64,000 nucleotides of DNA from positions 12,323 through 76,322 of the forward strand of contig JAXLWN010000019.1 in the NCBI GenBank assembly GCA_046328475.1. The letters are read 5' to 3'. Below, in pieces: positions 34,852-42,951 of this stretch. This stretch comes from Chloroflexia bacterium. GTDB lineage: Bacteria > Chloroflexota > Chloroflexia > Thermomicrobiales > CADCWN01. The position numbers were made by a program, and so were the translations under genes. The notes below the pieces were generated by a model that did no database searches, was not told the DNA's origin, and worked only from the letters and a program-made list of their open reading frames with translations. Each line of letters begins with the position of its first letter. Within the stretch, counting starts at the first letter, position 1.

Positions 34852-35832
34852 ATGCGGGAGCACTGGTCAACGGAGACCACGCCGCCAACTCAGCGACGCA
34901 CACGCCTGCCGCGAGGTTGGCGGGCGCTGCCTGCGCGCCGCGAAGCACCGCGCCGCGAACGCGAGATCGAGGAGACCTTCTCGGAGCGCGAGTTGCTGGC
35001 GCGCTATCTGCGCGAGGCGGGGAAGATCCCCCTCCTGACGCCGACCGCCGAGGCCGAACTCTTCCGCCAACTCGAAGAAGGGGACGCCGACGAGCGCCGG
35101 GAGGCGCGATCGCAACTGATCGCGGCGAATTTGCGGCTGGTCGTCGGCGTGGCGCGGCACTATGTGGGGCTGGGCCTGACGCTGCCGGAGTTGATCGCCG
35201 AGGGGAACCTGGGGCTGATCGCGGCGGTGGACCGCTTCGAGCGGTCGCGCGGGCACCGCTTCAGCACGTTCGCGCGCTGGCCAATCCGCAAGGCGATCAC
35301 ACGGTCGCTCGATGACCGCGCGCGGCTGGTGCGGTTGCCGGCGAATAGCTGGCAGGCACTGCGCGAACTCAGGAAGGCGGAGGAGACGCTGCCCGATACG
35401 CTCGGGCGCGAGCCGACGCCGGCCGAACTGGCGGCGGCGTGCAAGGTGGCGACCTGGCGCTTCGATTCGCTGCGGGTGGCGGCGGCGGCCCCGGTCTCGA
35501 TCGACACCCCGGCGCGCAACGGCCACGCGGATGAGTCCGAGGAGATGACGCTGGGCGAGACGCTGGAGGACCACGAGCGGGCGCTGCCGACGCTGGTGGG
35601 GAACCACATCGCGCGCGATCAACTCGGGACGCTGCTCGACGCGCTGACGCCGCGCGAGCGGGCATTGCTGGTGCTGCGGCATGGCCTGGATGGGGGTGCG
35701 CCGCGCACGTTGCAGCAGGTGGGGGCGGCGCTGGGGATCTCCGGCGAGCGGACGCGGCAGTTGGAGGCGCGGGCGCTCGATCAGTTGCGGGCGCACCCGC
35801 TGGTGGCGGCGCTGCGGGATGCGATTGAGTGA
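34852..35832 (+). CDS. sigma-70-family RNA polymerase sigma factor (regions 2-4, RpoD-like non-ECF)
   Basis: LIAANLRLVVGVARHY, LIAEGNLGLIAAVDRFE...FSTFARWPIRKAITRSL, LVRLPAN, and region 4 TLQQVGAALGISGERTRQLEARAL. The start is uncertain. Confidence 0.85.
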   Translation: MREHWSTETTPPTQRRTRLPRGWRALPARREAPRREREIEETFSERELLARYLREAGKIPLLTPTAEAELFRQLEEGDADERREARSQLIAANLRLVVGVARHYVGLGLTLPELIAEGNLGLIAAVDRFERSRGHRFSTFARWPIRKAITRSLDDRARLVRLPANSWQALRELRKAEETLPDTLGREPTPAELAAACKVATWRFDSLRVAAAAPVSIDTPARNGHADESEEMTLGETLEDHERALPTLVGNHIARDQLGTLLDALTPRERALLVLRHGLDGGAPRTLQQVGAALGISGERTRQLEARALDQLRAHPLVAALRDAIE

Positions 35833-35860
35833 GTGCCCAAGCGTTGTGGTAGGTGCCCCA

Positions 35861-35931
35861 AGGTCTGAAGACCTGGGCTGAAGGCTCCCTGCGGTCGCCG
35901 CAAAGCCCGCCTACGCGGGCTCGGTTCATGG
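35861..35931. repeat. REP-like unit (family 2)
   Basis: aggtctgaagacct...cgcaaagcccgcctacgcgggct. Confidence 0.65.
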
Positions 35932-36082
35932 GCGTTCCTCGTTTGTGCCAATCCGCAAGAGCAAGGTAGTCTGCTTCCGTTCGCCCGGTGGGGCGTGGGC
36001 GTGTACAATCGCGCGGCTGCGCTCGGGATGGGCGTGGGGTGTGGCTTTGCTGTGTGTAGTCGGCGTTGCAGAGGAGGCGGGG

Positions 36083-36403
36083 ATGTTCTTCGAGCTGCGG
36101 CAGTACCGGACGAAGCCGGGGCAGCGGGATAACTGGGTGAAGCTCATGGAGGAGAAGATCATTCCCTTCCAGGTGTCGAAGGGGATGGTGATCGTCGGGA
36201 GTTTCGTGGATCAGGCGGAGGACGACCACTACATCTGGATCCGCCGGTTTGAGAGTGAGGAGCAGCGCGTCGAGCTCTACAAAGCGGTGTATGAGACGGA
36301 CTTCTGGAAGAATGAGATGGCACCGAAGGCAGGGGAGATGTTAGACCGGTCGAAGACGGTGATTACGCGGATCGAGGCGACGCCGAAGTCGGTGATTCAG
36401 TAG
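36083..36403 (+). CDS. NIPSNAP-family protein
   Basis: MFFELRQYRTKPGQRDNWVKLMEE...YIWIRRFESEEQRVELYKAVY. ATG 36083 follows GAGGAGG. Confidence 0.75.
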   Translation: MFFELRQYRTKPGQRDNWVKLMEEKIIPFQVSKGMVIVGSFVDQAEDDHYIWIRRFESEEQRVELYKAVYETDFWKNEMAPKAGEMLDRSKTVITRIEATPKSVIQ

Positions 36404-36490
36404 GGACGCGATAGGTTCTGGTTGGGGCCGCCTGGCTGCCCGATGCTCGCCGCGATGCGGCGAGTGGATCGGGGGCTGGGCAGCCTTTTG

Positions 36491-36572
36491 AGTGCTGAGT
36501 GCTGAGTGCTGAGTGCTGAGTGGGTCGGATAGTCGGATAGTCGGGTAGTCGGATAGTCGGGTAGGAGTGACG
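36491..36572. repeat. two adjacent tandem arrays: (GAGTGCT)4 then (GTCGGATA/GTCGGGTA)5
   Basis: Read directly from the sequence. No inverted partner is nearby. Confidence 0.8.
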
Positions 36573-36574
36573 GA

Positions 36575-36717
36575 CCTCACCCCGCCGCTGCGGCGCACCC
36601 CTCTCCGCGAGGAGAGGGGAGGACGTAGAGATGTGGGGGCGTGAGGGCGTGGGGGCGAGACGACCCCTCCCCGCCGCCTGCGGGCGGCGACCCTCCCCTG
36701 ATGAGGAGAGGGTGGGG
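36575..36717. repeat. two REP-like units (family 1)
   Basis: Units at 36575-36620 and 36664-36717. Confidence 0.7.
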
Positions 36718-36787
36718 GAACGAGGGTGAGCAGGTGGCGATCAATGAAGCGATAGCCATTCCCACGAGGGCGAGTCGGTGACCCGCC

Positions 36788-37779
36788 CTACCATGGCGGG
36801 TAGGGATGTGGGGGTGGGGTTAGTGGTGGGTGGCTGGGGAGGGGGTGGGGGGACGGGGGGTGGTAGCGGATTTCGGTGAGGCCGGCGCGTTTGGTGGCGG
36901 AGGTTGGCCGGCGAAGGGGGCGCGGAAGGTGCCGGAGGTGGGGGCGACGTCGCCGTAGTCGCGGCCGGTGGCGACGGTGATGTAGTTGAGGCCGGGGCGG
37001 TTGCCGTGGGTGGGGTCGAAGGGGAGGGCGACGTAGCCATCGCCGTTGGGGCGCGGGGCGAGGACTTCGACCCAGGCGTGCGAGCCGCCCTCGCCGAGCA
37101 GGTGGCCGGAGACGTAGCGCGCGGGGAGGCCGCAGAGGCGGCAGATGGCGAGCATGATGTGGGCGTAGTCCTGGCAGACGCCGCGCTGGAGGGCGAGGGC
37201 TTCGGCGGCGGTGGTGCGCACGCCGGTGATGCCGTGCTCGTAGGTGAGCTGGGCGTGGACCCAGGCGTTGATGCGCGCGGCGAGGGCTTCGGGCGCGGCG
37301 TCGCCGATGGCGAGTTCGGCGGCGGCGGCGCGCGGGCGTCGTCGGGCTGGGTGAGCGCGGAGGGTTCGCTGAAGGCGGGGTTGCAGTAGGTATGTGCCGA
37401 GATGATGGCGGGGTCGCTGGTGGTGTCGCGCTCGACGACGATCCAGGCGACGAAATCGATTGAGCGCGCGATCTCCGTCGCGGAGAATGAGAGGACGAGG
37501 TTGCCGAACTCGTCGCGGGATTCCTGGGGGCGGGAGCTGTTCCGGCGGTTGGCCGGGGATGGCGATCTCCAGCTTGCGCGTGACCAGGCGCTGCCCGCCG
37601 TGGCGCTCGGGCGGGACGATCATCAGGCGCTGGTGCAGGTCGTGGATGGGGCCGGGGTAGTCGTAGCGCAGGTGCTGGTGGATCAGGTAAGCGGTCCATT
37701 GGACGCGCGGCCAGTCCACCCCGTGGTGATCGAGCGTGCCGAGCGTCGCGATCAGGGTTTCGAGATTCTCGTGCTCCAC
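36788..37779 (-). pseudogene. transglutaminase-family protein (Bact_transglu_N + transglutaminase core), internal frameshifts
   Basis: The core RGVCQDYAHIMLAICRLCGLPARYVSGHLL...SHAWVEV is intact. In the middle, SPANRRNSSRPQESRDEFGNLVLSFSATEIARSIDFVAWIVVERD is readable only in a different frame (about 37330-37565) although the long ORF stays open. The C-terminal ..KRAGLTEIRY is in a third frame. Confidence 0.75.
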
Positions 37780-37820
37780 GTCCCTTCCCCGCGTCCCTTC
37801 TCCCACCGTTCCCCCGCGCC

Positions 37821-38715
37821 TTATCCCTGGCGATCGACCACCCGCGCGGCGGTCGTGTCGGTGCCGCCGACCGGCGCGCTGACGGCGACCGTGGGGGCAT
37901 TCTCCGCGCCGACCACGTCGCACCAGACGGTCATGCGCCGGAATTGCGCCGCGCCGTAGGAGGTCATCATCGCCACATCGACCGCGTCGCGCCCGCGCCC
38001 GATCGGGATGCGCCCGATCAGGGGGCGATTGAAGCGCGCGTCGAAGGTGTACCAGCGCCCGCCCTGCGGCCCGCGTAAGTAGACCTCAAACCAGGCGTGG
38101 AAGTCCATCGCCGGATAGGGCAGTTCGAGGCTGACGTCAGGCATGTAGCCGAAGACGTAGCGCGCGGGGATATTCAGCGCGCGGCAGAAGGTGACGGCGA
38201 GGTGCGCGAAATCGCGGCACATGCCGCCCTGCGCGACGTAGACATCGACGGCGGTCGTCAGCGGGGTGCTGTAGAGGCCGTAGCGGATATTCTGGTGGAG
38301 CCAGTCGCAGACGGCCTGCACGCGTCCCCAGCCCAGCGGGGCCGCGCCGAAGAGGTGCCAGGCGGTGGCGGAGAGGGCATCGGAGAGGCAATAGCGGCTC
38401 GCCAGGGTGTAGAGGAGCACATCGTCGGGCAGATCTTCGACGGCGAACTGGGCGGCGGTGGGTTCGACTTCGTCGGGGTCGCCGGAGACCTCGACCTCGG
38501 CGTCGTAGCGGAGGGTGGTGGCACCGGGCGGGAGGGTGAAGCGGCGGCAGCGATTGCTGAAGCTGTCGCGGTACTCGTTGGAGTAGATCACGGGCACGGC
38601 ACCCCAGGCTTCCGTAAGCACCGGCGAGGGGTTGTCCGGGTGGGGCTGCACGAGCATGACCGAGGGTCGGCCAGGTCGTCTCATAGTCGAAGGCGCAGCC
38701 GACCCGTAAGCGCAT
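37821..38715 (-). pseudogene. transglutaminase-family protein paralog, one N-terminal frameshift
   Basis: MRLRVGCAFDYETTWPT (start 38715, AGGAG RBS) is in a different frame from the rest (..SVMLVQPHPDNPSP...GGMCRDFAHLAVTFCRALNIPARYVFGY...FHAWFEVY). Confidence 0.75.
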
Positions 38716-38731
38716 GGGGTACTCCTGGTTA

Positions 38732-38792
38732 CCTCACCCCCCGCCGCCTGCGGGCGGCACCCCCTCTCCATCTGCGGATAGGAGAGGGGGAG
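38732..38792. repeat. REP-like unit (family 1)
   Basis: cctcaccccccgccgcctgcgggcggcaccccctctccatctgcggataggagaggggga. Confidence 0.7.
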
Positions 38793-39133
38793 GGTGGTGA
38801 CGGTGTCGGGCATGGGCGCAACGGGCCGAGGGATGGCCTCGGCTGGCCGTTCGTCGGCTCATGCTTGCGATCATATGCTACTGGTAAGGATTGCTGGCCG
38901 CAAGGGGCGGGTTGCACCATACGGACCGGCTGGGGTTGTGCGGATGGCACAGGGCAGGGCGCGGGATGAGGGGAGAAGGGGGAAGGGGGAGGAGAGGGGC
39001 GAGAGGGGGCAGGCATTCTCTTCGCTGTGCTGATGATCAGCATGACACGACGGAAACTGGTGGCCTCCGGGAGAAGAACCCGGACGATTGCGGCGATGGC
39101 ACCACACAACGCGGGCGTCCCAGCGGGTCGCCT

Positions 39134-39349
39134 CTACGATGGGGAGCGGCGCTGTTTGAGGTAGACGAGGAGGCCGAGGAAGCCGCCGAGGAAGCCGCTG
39201 ATCAGGCCGGTGATGGCGTGGTTGACTGCGTTGATCGTCGCGTCGGCGGGCATCCCGACGAAGAGATAGTTGGCTGCGGCGCTCAGGAGCGCACCCGGGA
39301 TCGCGCCGCCGACTCCGGCGAGCAGCGAGGCTTTGATCGCTGGCGACAT
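39134..39349 (-). CDS. small hypothetical membrane protein (71 aa, two TM helices)
   Basis: MSPAIKASLLAGVGGAIPGALLSAAANYLF...GLISGFLGGFLGLLVYLKQRR. The Met follows AGGAGAGGA. Confidence 0.5.
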   Translation of the reverse strand: MSPAIKASLLAGVGGAIPGALLSAAANYLFVGMPADATINAVNHAITGLISGFLGGFLGLLVYLKQRRSPS

Positions 39350-39450
39350 AGCACGCTCCTCTCCTATTCGACACTGCGCGTCCCGTTCAGCATTGCGGTT
39401 CGATGCGGATGATCGCCACGGGTTATTCCGGCGTGGGCTTGGCACCCGGC

Positions 39451-40050
39451 TTACGCGATGGGTCCGCCCGGCTCGGTGAGCGTTGACGCGCGGCGCAGCA
39501 GGTCGCTGACACTCAATTCGCTTGCCCAGTGATGCAGATAGGCCCAGTCGAGATTGTCGGCCTGAAGCGCAAGCACGTTGAGGATGTCCAGCCATTGTCG
39601 ATCTGAGACTTCGCCGCCGTTGCGATACCAGACCAGCTTGCTGAGGATGACGTCTTCGGGGCTGGCGAAGAAGAGAATGGGAGCATCGGGCTCGCCCGAC
39701 AGCGTTTCCGGGCGGCGGCGGCGGATTTGTTGCTGTGACCACGGCTCTCGCTTCATCACGAAGATGTCGATCTTGTCGAATGTGGTGAGGTCGATGATAT
39801 TGAATGAGCGCTCCTGCGCAATCGCCATGCTCACGGCCTGCGGGTCAATCATGTAGTCGTGCTCTAATGCGGCGACGAGTAGGGTGACGTGCTCGGGGCG
39901 CAACGCGACAACAAGATCGATGTCGTTGGTGGAGCGGGGCAGGCTGTAAAAGGAGCTGGCGAAGGAGCCGCCGACGCAATAGGCCAGGCCAAGTCGATCC
40001 AAGGCCGCGGCCACCCGCAGGAGCGTCGCAACCGGCTCGGGCGACATCAA
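39451..40050 (-). CDS. minimal nucleotidyltransferase-fold protein
   Basis: CVGGSFASSFYSLPRSTNDIDLVV fits the GS-x(n)-D-x-D pattern of Pol-beta-type NTases. The region is AT-richer than its surroundings. Confidence 0.55.
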   Translation of the reverse strand: MMSPEPVATLLRVAAALDRLGLAYCVGGSFASSFYSLPRSTNDIDLVVALRPEHVTLLVAALEHDYMIDPQAVSMAIAQERSFNIIDLTTFDKIDIFVMKREPWSQQQIRRRRPETLSGEPDAPILFFASPEDVILSKLVWYRNGGEVSDRQWLDILNVLALQADNLDWAYLHHWASELSVSDLLRRASTLTEPGGPIA

Positions 40051-40364
40051 TACCCTTCTCGCCTGGCATCCCAGCCGAGATGCTCCCGCACGAAGTTGGC
40101 CCCATAGCGGCGTACGGCGAGTCGTAGCAACACCTCACGCTCATCTGCATCGGGATGTTGCTGACGAATATTCGCGAGGGCGAGCGCGATCGTCGTGCGA
40201 TTTAAGGCGCGGACGCGCGCGATTTTCTCGGCACCGGACATCTTCCGGTAGGCATCGATGAGGAAGCGTTCGACGTCCGGGCTGGTATCCTCGCCGAACA
40301 GGCGCAGGTGAACTTCGTGCGGTCGTTTCTTCGGCGGCGCGGCGTCTGCTGACGAATGCTCCAT
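40047..40364 (-). CDS. small helical hypothetical protein, coupled to the NTase-fold gene
   Basis: 105 aa. The Met at 40364 follows GGGAGG. The stop overlaps the downstream start (ATGA at 40047-40050). Confidence 0.5.
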   Translation of the reverse strand: MEHSSADAAPPKKRPHEVHLRLFGEDTSPDVERFLIDAYRKMSGAEKIARVRALNRTTIALALANIRQQHPDADEREVLLRLAVRRYGANFVREHLGWDARREGY

Positions 40365-40509
40365 GTGACCTCCCGGGTACGAGGCAAAGTCTAGCACGAC
40401 CGGGCATGCCCATGGCATCAAGCACGGTGCATCCGCCGCGCCATAACGCGGCGGGGCGACGCTGCTCGCGCGCCGCCCCGCAGTTGTCGTTACCGTTACC
40501 TGGCCGCCG

Positions 40510-40875
40510 TCAGTGCCGCCGCCGTCCGGGACGTCCGCTCGACACCTGGTGGCGTGCGCTGCGGCCCACGGCCTGCGCGGGGGCGGGGCGCTGGACGGGG
40601 ATCGGCTCGCCGCCGCGCGTCTGGCCGAGGTTGCGCCGCACCGGGAGCGTCGCGACGAGCTCGTCGCTGTGGCCCCGGCGCTCGACCGCGACCTCGACGC
40701 CCGCCGGATCGATATCGAGATGGCGCGAGATCACCTGCATGATCTCGATCTTGATCGCTTCCATCGTCGCCGGGGTGAGGGCGAGGTGATCGGTCACCAG
40801 CACCTTCACCAGCCGATCTTTCGCCAGCTGCGCGCTGTTCGGCTCGCGCGCGAAGAGATTTCGGAAGAATCCCAT
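40510..40875 (-). CDS. minE: cell-division topological specificity factor MinE (with extended basic C-terminal tail)
   Basis: MGFFRNLFAREPNSAQLAKDRLVKVLVTDH...IKIEIMQVISRHLDIDPAGVEV. It lies directly downstream of minD. Confidence 0.85.
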   Translation of the reverse strand: MGFFRNLFAREPNSAQLAKDRLVKVLVTDHLALTPATMEAIKIEIMQVISRHLDIDPAGVEVAVERRGHSDELVATLPVRRNLGQTRGGEPIPVQRPAPAQAVGRSARHQVSSGRPGRRRH

Positions 40876-40890
40876 GCCACCCTCCTCCCG

Positions 40891-41697
40891 CTAGCTCGCC
40901 ACGCGCTGGTGCGGGCGGAAGATGCTGAGCACCCGGCTCAGGAAGCCCTCGCCGGTCGGGATGACGATCGGCACCGTCTCGCCGAGCAGGCGCTGCGCGA
41001 TCTCGCGGTAGGCCCGCCCCGCCTTGCTGCTGTTCGAGAGAACCGCCGGTTCGCCCCGGTTGGAGGCCATCACGATCGTGCTGTCCTCCGGCACGATGCC
41101 GACCAGGTCGATCGCCAGGATATCCTGCACATCGTCGGTCGTCATCATCTCGCCGCGCTGCACCAGCGAGGGGTTGAGGCGGTTGAGGATGAGGCGCGGC
41201 GGCGGCAGTTCGGCCGCCTCCACCAACCCGATGATCCGGTCGGCGTCGCGCACCGCCGAGACCTCGGGCGTCGTCACCACCAGCACCTCGTCGGCCCCGG
41301 CGATGGCGTTGCGGAAGCCCTGCTCGATCCCGGCGGGCGAATCGACGATCACGAAGTCGAACTGCTGCTTCAGCTTGTGGCAGAGGTCGGCCATCTGCTC
41401 GGGCGAGACGGCCTCCTTGTCGCGCGTCTGCGCGGCCGGGATGAGGCAGAGGTTGGGGTGGTGCTTGTCGCGGATGAAGGCCTGCTTCAGCCGGCAGTTC
41501 CCCTCGACCACATCGACGAGGTCGTAGACGATCCGGTTCTCCAGCCCCAGCACGATGTCGAGGTTGCGCAGGCCGATATCGGCGTCGATCAGGCAGGCGG
41601 TCTTGCCCGACAGCGCCAGCGCCATCCCCAGGTTGGCGGTCGTCGTCGTCTTGCCGACGCCCCCCTTCCCCGAGGTCACGGTGATGCAGCGTCCCAT
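40891..41697 (-). CDS. minD: septum site-determining ATPase MinD
   Basis: ITVTSGKGGVGKTTTTANLGMALA (deviant Walker A). The 268-aa length and the minC/minE neighbours fit. Confidence 0.95.
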   Translation of the reverse strand: MGRCITVTSGKGGVGKTTTTANLGMALALSGKTACLIDADIGLRNLDIVLGLENRIVYDLVDVVEGNCRLKQAFIRDKHHPNLCLIPAAQTRDKEAVSPEQMADLCHKLKQQFDFVIVDSPAGIEQGFRNAIAGADEVLVVTTPEVSAVRDADRIIGLVEAAELPPPRLILNRLNPSLVQRGEMMTTDDVQDILAIDLVGIVPEDSTIVMASNRGEPAVLSNSSKAGRAYREIAQRLLGETVPIVIPTGEGFLSRVLSIFRPHQRVAS

Positions 41698-41706
41698 GAG
41701 TCCTCC

Positions 41707-41815
41707 AGTAGTCAGTAGTCAGTAGTCAGTAGTCAGTTTCTCGCACGAAGCACATGCTTTTCGGTATTGCGCAAGCTCCGAGTAAGACACTGACTACTGA
41801 CTACTGACTACTGAT
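41707..41815. repeat. inverted heptamer arrays (AGTCAGT)4 ... (ACTGACT)4 between minD and minC
   Basis: Arms are at 41707-41737 and 41789-41815. Confidence 0.85.
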
Positions 41816-41818
41816 AAC

Positions 41819-42661
41819 TCACTTCGCATTCCACGGTTCAACAATCAACCGCCCTTGCTCCAGGCGCGCTCGCTCCGGGCCGGAGGGGCGGCTGGCCTTC
41901 TTGGCCGTTTCGGAGGGCGGCAAGGCGTAGTGGCTGCCGATGCGGAGTTGGGTCGGGGTGAGGCCGAGGGCGCAGATGATCGCGTTGTTGTCGCCGAGCG
42001 CCCCGGCGTGGATGGTCCCCCGCACGACGCCCCAGACGATGATGTCCCCGGAGGCCGCGACCTCCGCGCCGGGGTTCACGTCGCCGACGATGACGAGGTG
42101 GCCGTGATGCCGCACGCGCGCCCCGGAGCGGAGCGTGCGGCGGAGGTAGAGCGCCTCGACGATGTCGGGGTTCACCGCCGGGATGCCCTGCTGCGGCGAG
42201 AGCTGCTGCGGGGGCGGCGGCTGGCGCTCAACCGGCACGATGTGGAGCGGGTGGTAGCCCTGCTTGCGCAGGATCTCCCGCGCCTGGGGGCTGCTGGCGG
42301 TGAAGCCGCGCACGATCACGCCGCGCTCCTCCAGCACCCGGCGGTAGGCGGCGACCTCCTCCTCGGCGATCTCGCGCTGGCCCAGGTCCACGATGACCTC
42401 GGCCCCGCCGAAGAAGGCCTCGGCGCTGGCGAGGTGCGCCGCCAACGCCCCCATCACCTCGCCGGGGGAGACGGCCCGCGCGTCGTCGGGGACCGTCAGC
42501 AACAAGCCGTCGCGGGTGCCGCGCACCTTGATCAGCGCCGCAGCACCGCCCGCGCCCCGCCCCGGTCCCACCGGCGGCGGATCGTGGAGATAGCTCGGGG
42601 CCTGCTGTGCCATCGCCGCGCTCCTCGCCCGACGGCTGCTGGCAACACTCCACCAGGGCAT
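41819..42661 (-). CDS. minC: septum-formation inhibitor MinC
   Basis: The C-terminal beta-helix reads TLRSGARVRHHGHLVIVGDVNPGAEVAASGDIIVWGVVRGTIHAG. An alternative start is at 42613. Confidence 0.85.
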   Translation of the reverse strand: MPWWSVASSRRARSAAMAQQAPSYLHDPPPVGPGRGAGGAAALIKVRGTRDGLLLTVPDDARAVSPGEVMGALAAHLASAEAFFGGAEVIVDLGQREIAEEEVAAYRRVLEERGVIVRGFTASSPQAREILRKQGYHPLHIVPVERQPPPPQQLSPQQGIPAVNPDIVEALYLRRTLRSGARVRHHGHLVIVGDVNPGAEVAASGDIIVWGVVRGTIHAGALGDNNAIICALGLTPTQLRIGSHYALPPSETAKKASRPSGPERARLEQGRLIVEPWNAK

Positions 42662-42842
42662 CGCGCATTGGCGCGAACACCACCTCGCGGCATGTTGCGA
42701 TCAGTCGTCCGGCATTGACGCGATGGCGGTCGCGCCTACCATCGGCCTCCCCGGCGCATCGTCCGGGGACGCCACTGCTGCCCGTGCTGGGCCGTACGTA
42801 CAGTTTAGTGGTTCGGTGACGTATGGTCAAGTGGGAGGAGAC

Positions 42843-42951
42843 GTGAGTCGTGAGTCGTGAGTCGTGAGATTCTTGCTTCTAGCTGGTGACCGCTGGTGCA
42901 GGCACTCGCTTCGCGTAACTCTCTCACGACTCACGTCTCACGTCTCACGAC
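42843..42951. repeat. inverted heptamer arrays (GTGAGTC)n ... (CTCACGA/CTCACGT)n between minC and PBP2
   Basis: Arms are at 42843-42868 and 42923-42951. The PBP2 stop codon (42945-47) lies inside the right arm. Confidence 0.85.
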
